Positions 60,428 through 64,000 of a stretch of DNA of 64,000 nt are shown here, piece after piece (the stretch's first letter is position 1; each line of letters opens with the position of its first letter). Position numbers and translations under genes: made by a program. The notes beneath the pieces were generated by a model. It ran no database searches. It saw only the letters and a list, made by a program, of their open reading frames with translations, and had not been told where the DNA came from. The DNA comes from Candidatus Zixiibacteriota bacterium (lineage in GTDB: Bacteria; Zixibacteria; MSB-5A5; UBA10806; 4484-95): NCBI GenBank assembly GCA_037441845.1, contig JBBIRK010000001.1, positions 63,836 through 127,835 of the forward strand, written 5' to 3'.

Positions 60428-61969
60428 CTATTCCCATTCTATAGTCGCCGGCGGTTTCGAGGAGATATCGTAAACGACGCGGTTGACCCCCTTGACTTCG
60501 TTTATCAGCCTGTTGGATACGCGCGCCAGAAAACTTTCAGGCAGGCGCACCCAATCGGCGGTCATGGCATCGGCGGAGGTTACGGCGCGCAGGGCGATCA
60601 CATTTTCATAGGTTCTCTCATCGCCCATTACTCCCACGCTGCGAACCGGCAACAAAACACAAAAGGCCTGCCATACCGTATCATACAGACCAGCCTTAAT
60701 GAGTTCCGCCATAAAAATATCATCCGCTTTCCGGGCGATTTCGAGCCTCTCCGGAGTCAGGGAGCCGAGAATCCGTACCGCCAGGCCGGGACCCGGAAAG
60801 GGGTGGCGGTTGAGCAGCCCCGAAGGAATACGCAATTGCGCCCCTACGGCTCTCACCTCGTCCTTAAACAACTCCCGCAACGGCTCGACGAGTTTCAGTT
60901 TCATCCTGGCCGGCAGTCCGCCCACATTATGATGGGATTTTATCGTCGCCGATGGCCCCCTGAACGGGGTCGATTCGATCACATCGGGATAAAGCGTCCC
61001 TTGAGCAAGACGGCTTATGCCGCGGATTTTTTTGGCTTCAGCTGTAAATATATCGATAAAAGTCCTTCCGATAATTTTGCGCTTTCTTTCGGGATCGGCG
61101 ATTCCTTTCAGGCGGCGAAGAAAGACACTGGAAGCATCGATATGCCGTAAAGGCAGCTGCAATTTGCGGTAGGAATCTACAACCCAGTCCGCTTCGCCGG
61201 TTCGCAGCAGTCCGTTATCTATAAAAAGACAATGTAGGTTTTTGCCTATCGCGCGTTTTAACAAAACCGCGGTTACGGTCGAATCGACCCCCCCGGAAAC
61301 CGCGCATATGACTTTTTCGCGTGCCAACTCTTCTTTCAGTTGCTTGACCCGTGAATCCACGAAAGATTTTGCTGTCCAGTTATCTTGACAGCGGCAGATT
61401 TTCCGGACGAAATTTCCGATTATCCGCATGCCGAATTCGGTGTGCGCCACTTCAGGGTGAAACTGAACGGCGTAAATCGAGCGGGGTTCATTTTCGAAGG
61501 CCGCGAATTTCAAACTTTCGGTCGCCGCAGTTTTCCTGAAACCTGCGGGTATTTTAACTACCGAATCGCCATGGCTCATCCAGACCCGCGAAGAATGCGG
61601 CAAGCCCGCCAGCAACCGGGAAAGAGTGCCTGTCAGCCTCAAACGTGCGGGACCGTATTCACGAATTGCGCTTCTGCGGACGACGCCGCCCAATTGGTGA
61701 GCGATCAATTGCAGCCCGTAGCATATACCGAGAATCGGGATTCCGAGATCGAACCAACGCGGATCCAGACGGGGCGAACCCGGATCGTGCACCGAAGCGG
61801 GTCCCCCCGAAAGTATAATTCCCTTAAGCTCGGTCGGTATATTTTCCGGCGGTTGGGTGTCAAAGCCAACCAATTCGGAAAATACTTTACACTCGCGCAC
61901 GCGTCTGGCGATCAACTGCGAATATTGCGATCCGAAATCGAGAACTATTATTTTATCCGGGGAATTCAA
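60428..61969 (-). CDS. guaA: GMP synthase (glutamine-hydrolysing)
   Basis: LDFGSQY, LGICYG, QFHPEV, SGGVDS, IKSHHNVGGLP, SKPPATIEWE. Confidence 0.98.
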   Translation of the reverse strand: MNSPDKIIVLDFGSQYSQLIARRVRECKVFSELVGFDTQPPENIPTELKGIILSGGPASVHDPGSPRLDPRWFDLGIPILGICYGLQLIAHQLGGVVRRSAIREYGPARLRLTGTLSRLLAGLPHSSRVWMSHGDSVVKIPAGFRKTAATESLKFAAFENEPRSIYAVQFHPEVAHTEFGMRIIGNFVRKICRCQDNWTAKSFVDSRVKQLKEELAREKVICAVSGGVDSTVTAVLLKRAIGKNLHCLFIDNGLLRTGEADWVVDSYRKLQLPLRHIDASSVFLRRLKGIADPERKRKIIGRTFIDIFTAEAKKIRGISRLAQGTLYPDVIESTPFRGPSATIKSHHNVGGLPARMKLKLVEPLRELFKDEVRAVGAQLRIPSGLLNRHPFPGPGLAVRILGSLTPERLEIARKADDIFMAELIKAGLYDTVWQAFCVLLPVRSVGVMGDERTYENVIALRAVTSADAMTADWVRLPESFLARVSNRLINEVKGVNRVVYDISSKPPATIEWE

Positions 61970-63570
61970 CTGAAATCTCTTTGGATCACAGTATCCCTTT
62001 TAAACCGGGAATCATCTCTTTGCGGAAAATCGACATTGTAATGCAATCCCCTCGATTCCTGCCTTAACAAAGCCGACCGGATTATGATCAAAGCGACATC
62101 GGCGATATTGCGCAATTCGAGCACCTCCGATCTCACCGGATTTTTGCGATAGAATTCCTTGACATGTTTACGAATCACCAGACAGCGATCATAAGCTTTG
62201 CGAAGTCGGTCGGTGGATCTGACGATACCGACGTAATCCCACATGAGCTTGCGAATCTCCTGAAAATCATGGGAGACGACAACCCATTCCTTGTGATCGA
62301 ATACCCCAGACTCGTCCCAATCCGGAAGTTTTATGCCTTTAGCTTTTTCTTTCGCCGGAAGATTCATTGCCGTCCATTTCGCGGCGAAATCGGCGAATGC
62401 CACGGCTTCAAGCAACGAATTGGACGCCAGCCGATTCGCTCCATGCATTCCGGTGCAGGCGACCTCACCGGCGGCAAGCAACCCGGCAATCGAGGTGCAG
62501 CCGTTGATATCGGTTTGGACTCCGCCGCAAAAGTAGTGCGCCGCGGGTACCACCGGTATAGGATCGACCGCCGGATTTATCCCCAGACTTTCGCATTTTT
62601 TCATGATTGTGGGAAACCGCCTTCTGATGAAAGTCTTTCCGCGGTGAGATATGTCAAGGTAAACGCAGGGAGCGCCGGTTTCTTTGAGGACCATATCGAT
62701 CGCTCTGGCGACTATATCGCGTGGGGCCAGTTCGGCCATAGGATGATAATTATCCATGAATCGACGGCCGTCGGCGGTGATAAGCTTTCCCCCTTCGCCC
62801 CGGACTGCCTCGGTGATGAGGAACGGCTCCTGCCCGGGCGCATACAAACTGGTCGGATGAAACTGAACGAATTCGAGATTGGCGACAAGCGCACCGGCGC
62901 GATAACCCATGGCCACTCCATCGCCGGTGGCGATCGCCGGATTCGTCGTATGTTGATACACTTGTCCGGCTCCTCCCGAGGCCAATAGCACCAATCGCGC
63001 CCCGAACACCTCGACCCGACGGTTCGCGTTATCGTATACGTACACGCCATAACAGGAAGGCCCTCTTTTGGGTATCTTCATACCCAAATGATATTCGGTG
63101 ATCAGGTCGATTGCAGTATGCTCCTCGAAAAGATCTACGTTGCCGTGGCTCTTCAGGGAATTAAGCAGTGCTTGTTCGATATTTCTACCGGTGTGATCGG
63201 CGGAGTGAACCACTCGATTGTGCGAATGACCACCTTCGCGACCGAGATCGTAGGTGCCCGATTTGCGGCTGAAAGCGACTCCTAACCTGGTCAGCTCCCT
63301 TATGTATCTCGGACCAAGCCTGACTACTTTCCGCACTACTTCTTCGTGGCACAAGCCGCAACCTGCCTCGAGAGTGTCTCGTATGTGATTGGCGAAACTG
63401 TCCGTCTTGCTCATCACGCTGGCGATTCCGCCTTGAGCATAATTGGTCGAGGCATCGTTGCTGCTTTTTTTCGTGATTATAGCGACCCGATTGCGTCGGC
63501 TTACCTTGAGAGCATACATCAGACCGGCTATTCCTGATCCGATCACGAGTATGTCATAATCTCTCGTCAA
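61966..63570 (-). CDS. nadB: L-aspartate oxidase
   Basis: GSGIAG, YAQGGIA, REGGHS, QFHPT, TEAVRGEG, ELAPRDIVARAI, HGANRLASNSLLE, ESRGLH. Confidence 0.97.
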   Translation of the reverse strand: MTRDYDILVIGSGIAGLMYALKVSRRNRVAIITKKSSNDASTNYAQGGIASVMSKTDSFANHIRDTLEAGCGLCHEEVVRKVVRLGPRYIRELTRLGVAFSRKSGTYDLGREGGHSHNRVVHSADHTGRNIEQALLNSLKSHGNVDLFEEHTAIDLITEYHLGMKIPKRGPSCYGVYVYDNANRRVEVFGARLVLLASGGAGQVYQHTTNPAIATGDGVAMGYRAGALVANLEFVQFHPTSLYAPGQEPFLITEAVRGEGGKLITADGRRFMDNYHPMAELAPRDIVARAIDMVLKETGAPCVYLDISHRGKTFIRRRFPTIMKKCESLGINPAVDPIPVVPAAHYFCGGVQTDINGCTSIAGLLAAGEVACTGMHGANRLASNSLLEAVAFADFAAKWTAMNLPAKEKAKGIKLPDWDESGVFDHKEWVVVSHDFQEIRKLMWDYVGIVRSTDRLRKAYDRCLVIRKHVKEFYRKNPVRSEVLELRNIADVALIIIRSALLRQESRGLHYNVDFPQRDDSRFKRDTVIQRDFS

Positions 63571-64000
63571 AGTGCGATCGCCTTTCTAAATCGATCCGGA
63601 TCATCAATTTCATATACCGGCAGACAAATATAGACTGCCGTCTTGTCAAAGTCAAAACCCTTTAATTTCACGGCATCTTTGGCTGTCGTCATAATCGAGT
63701 AATCTTTTTTCCGGGCGATATCGATGATTCTTTCGATATCCTGAGATGTATAACGATGGTGGTCTTCGAACGCCATAAATCCGGCGACCGCGATGCCCAG
63801 CCGGCTCAATGTCTTTTGGAATTTGCTCGGATCCGCCAATCCGCAAAAGGCGATAAATCGTGTTCCGAACAAGCTTCCCGCGTCGATTTCCTTGCCGCTC
63901 GCAAGTTCCACGAATCGCGCATTGATCATTTTCATGGAAAATACCGGAATATCGCGAAAATCGGGTAGATTAAGCCAGGCGTGAGATTCACCGCCGCCGG
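63567..64000 (-). CDS. lpxK: Tetraacyldisaccharide 4'-kinase, C-terminal part (5'-truncated)
   Basis: AFCGLADP.KF..TL, FEDHHRY, IMTTAKDAVKL. The frame is open to the window end. Confidence 0.85.
   Translation of the reverse strand, partial: GGGESHAWLNLPDFRDIPVFSMKMINARFVELASGKEIDAGSLFGTRFIAFCGLADPSKFQKTLSRLGIAVAGFMAFEDHHRYTSQDIERIIDIARKKDYSIMTTAKDAVKLKGFDFDKTAVYICLPVYEIDDPDRFRKAIAL

Overview
Gene-dense chromosomal window from a diderm bacterium. The dockerin-tipped exoprotein, PorU/PorV, T9SS-like C-terminal domains and lpxK suggest the FCB superphylum, most likely Zixibacteria (inference). I saw no rRNA, tRNA, CRISPR array or mobile element. Left part: pgsA-pgpA-cinA, a secreted protein with three papain-fold Cys-His-Asp domains plus a dockerin, a secreted M16 peptidase pair, spoVG, gmd, secDF, ALDH-DUF6125, and a group 3b [NiFe]-hydrogenase operon with hypFCDE. 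Right part: a ~27.6-kb minus-strand string of 18 mostly overlapping or abutting genes: porU, porV, an M6/FG-GAP/CTD protease, two DUF5683-like genes, an NHL protein, an 1104-aa SprA-motif barrel, an Omp85, a DGGGP-synthase-like UbiA, moxR, DUF58, a bat-associated gene, batA-E and a flippase-like gene. fba, DUF554, guaA, nadB and lpxK follow. The best candidate for a new system is this T9SS-variant locus, above all a PorV split by a ~530-aa beta-propeller/LysM insertion. All family calls come from motif recognition by eye; no searches were run.
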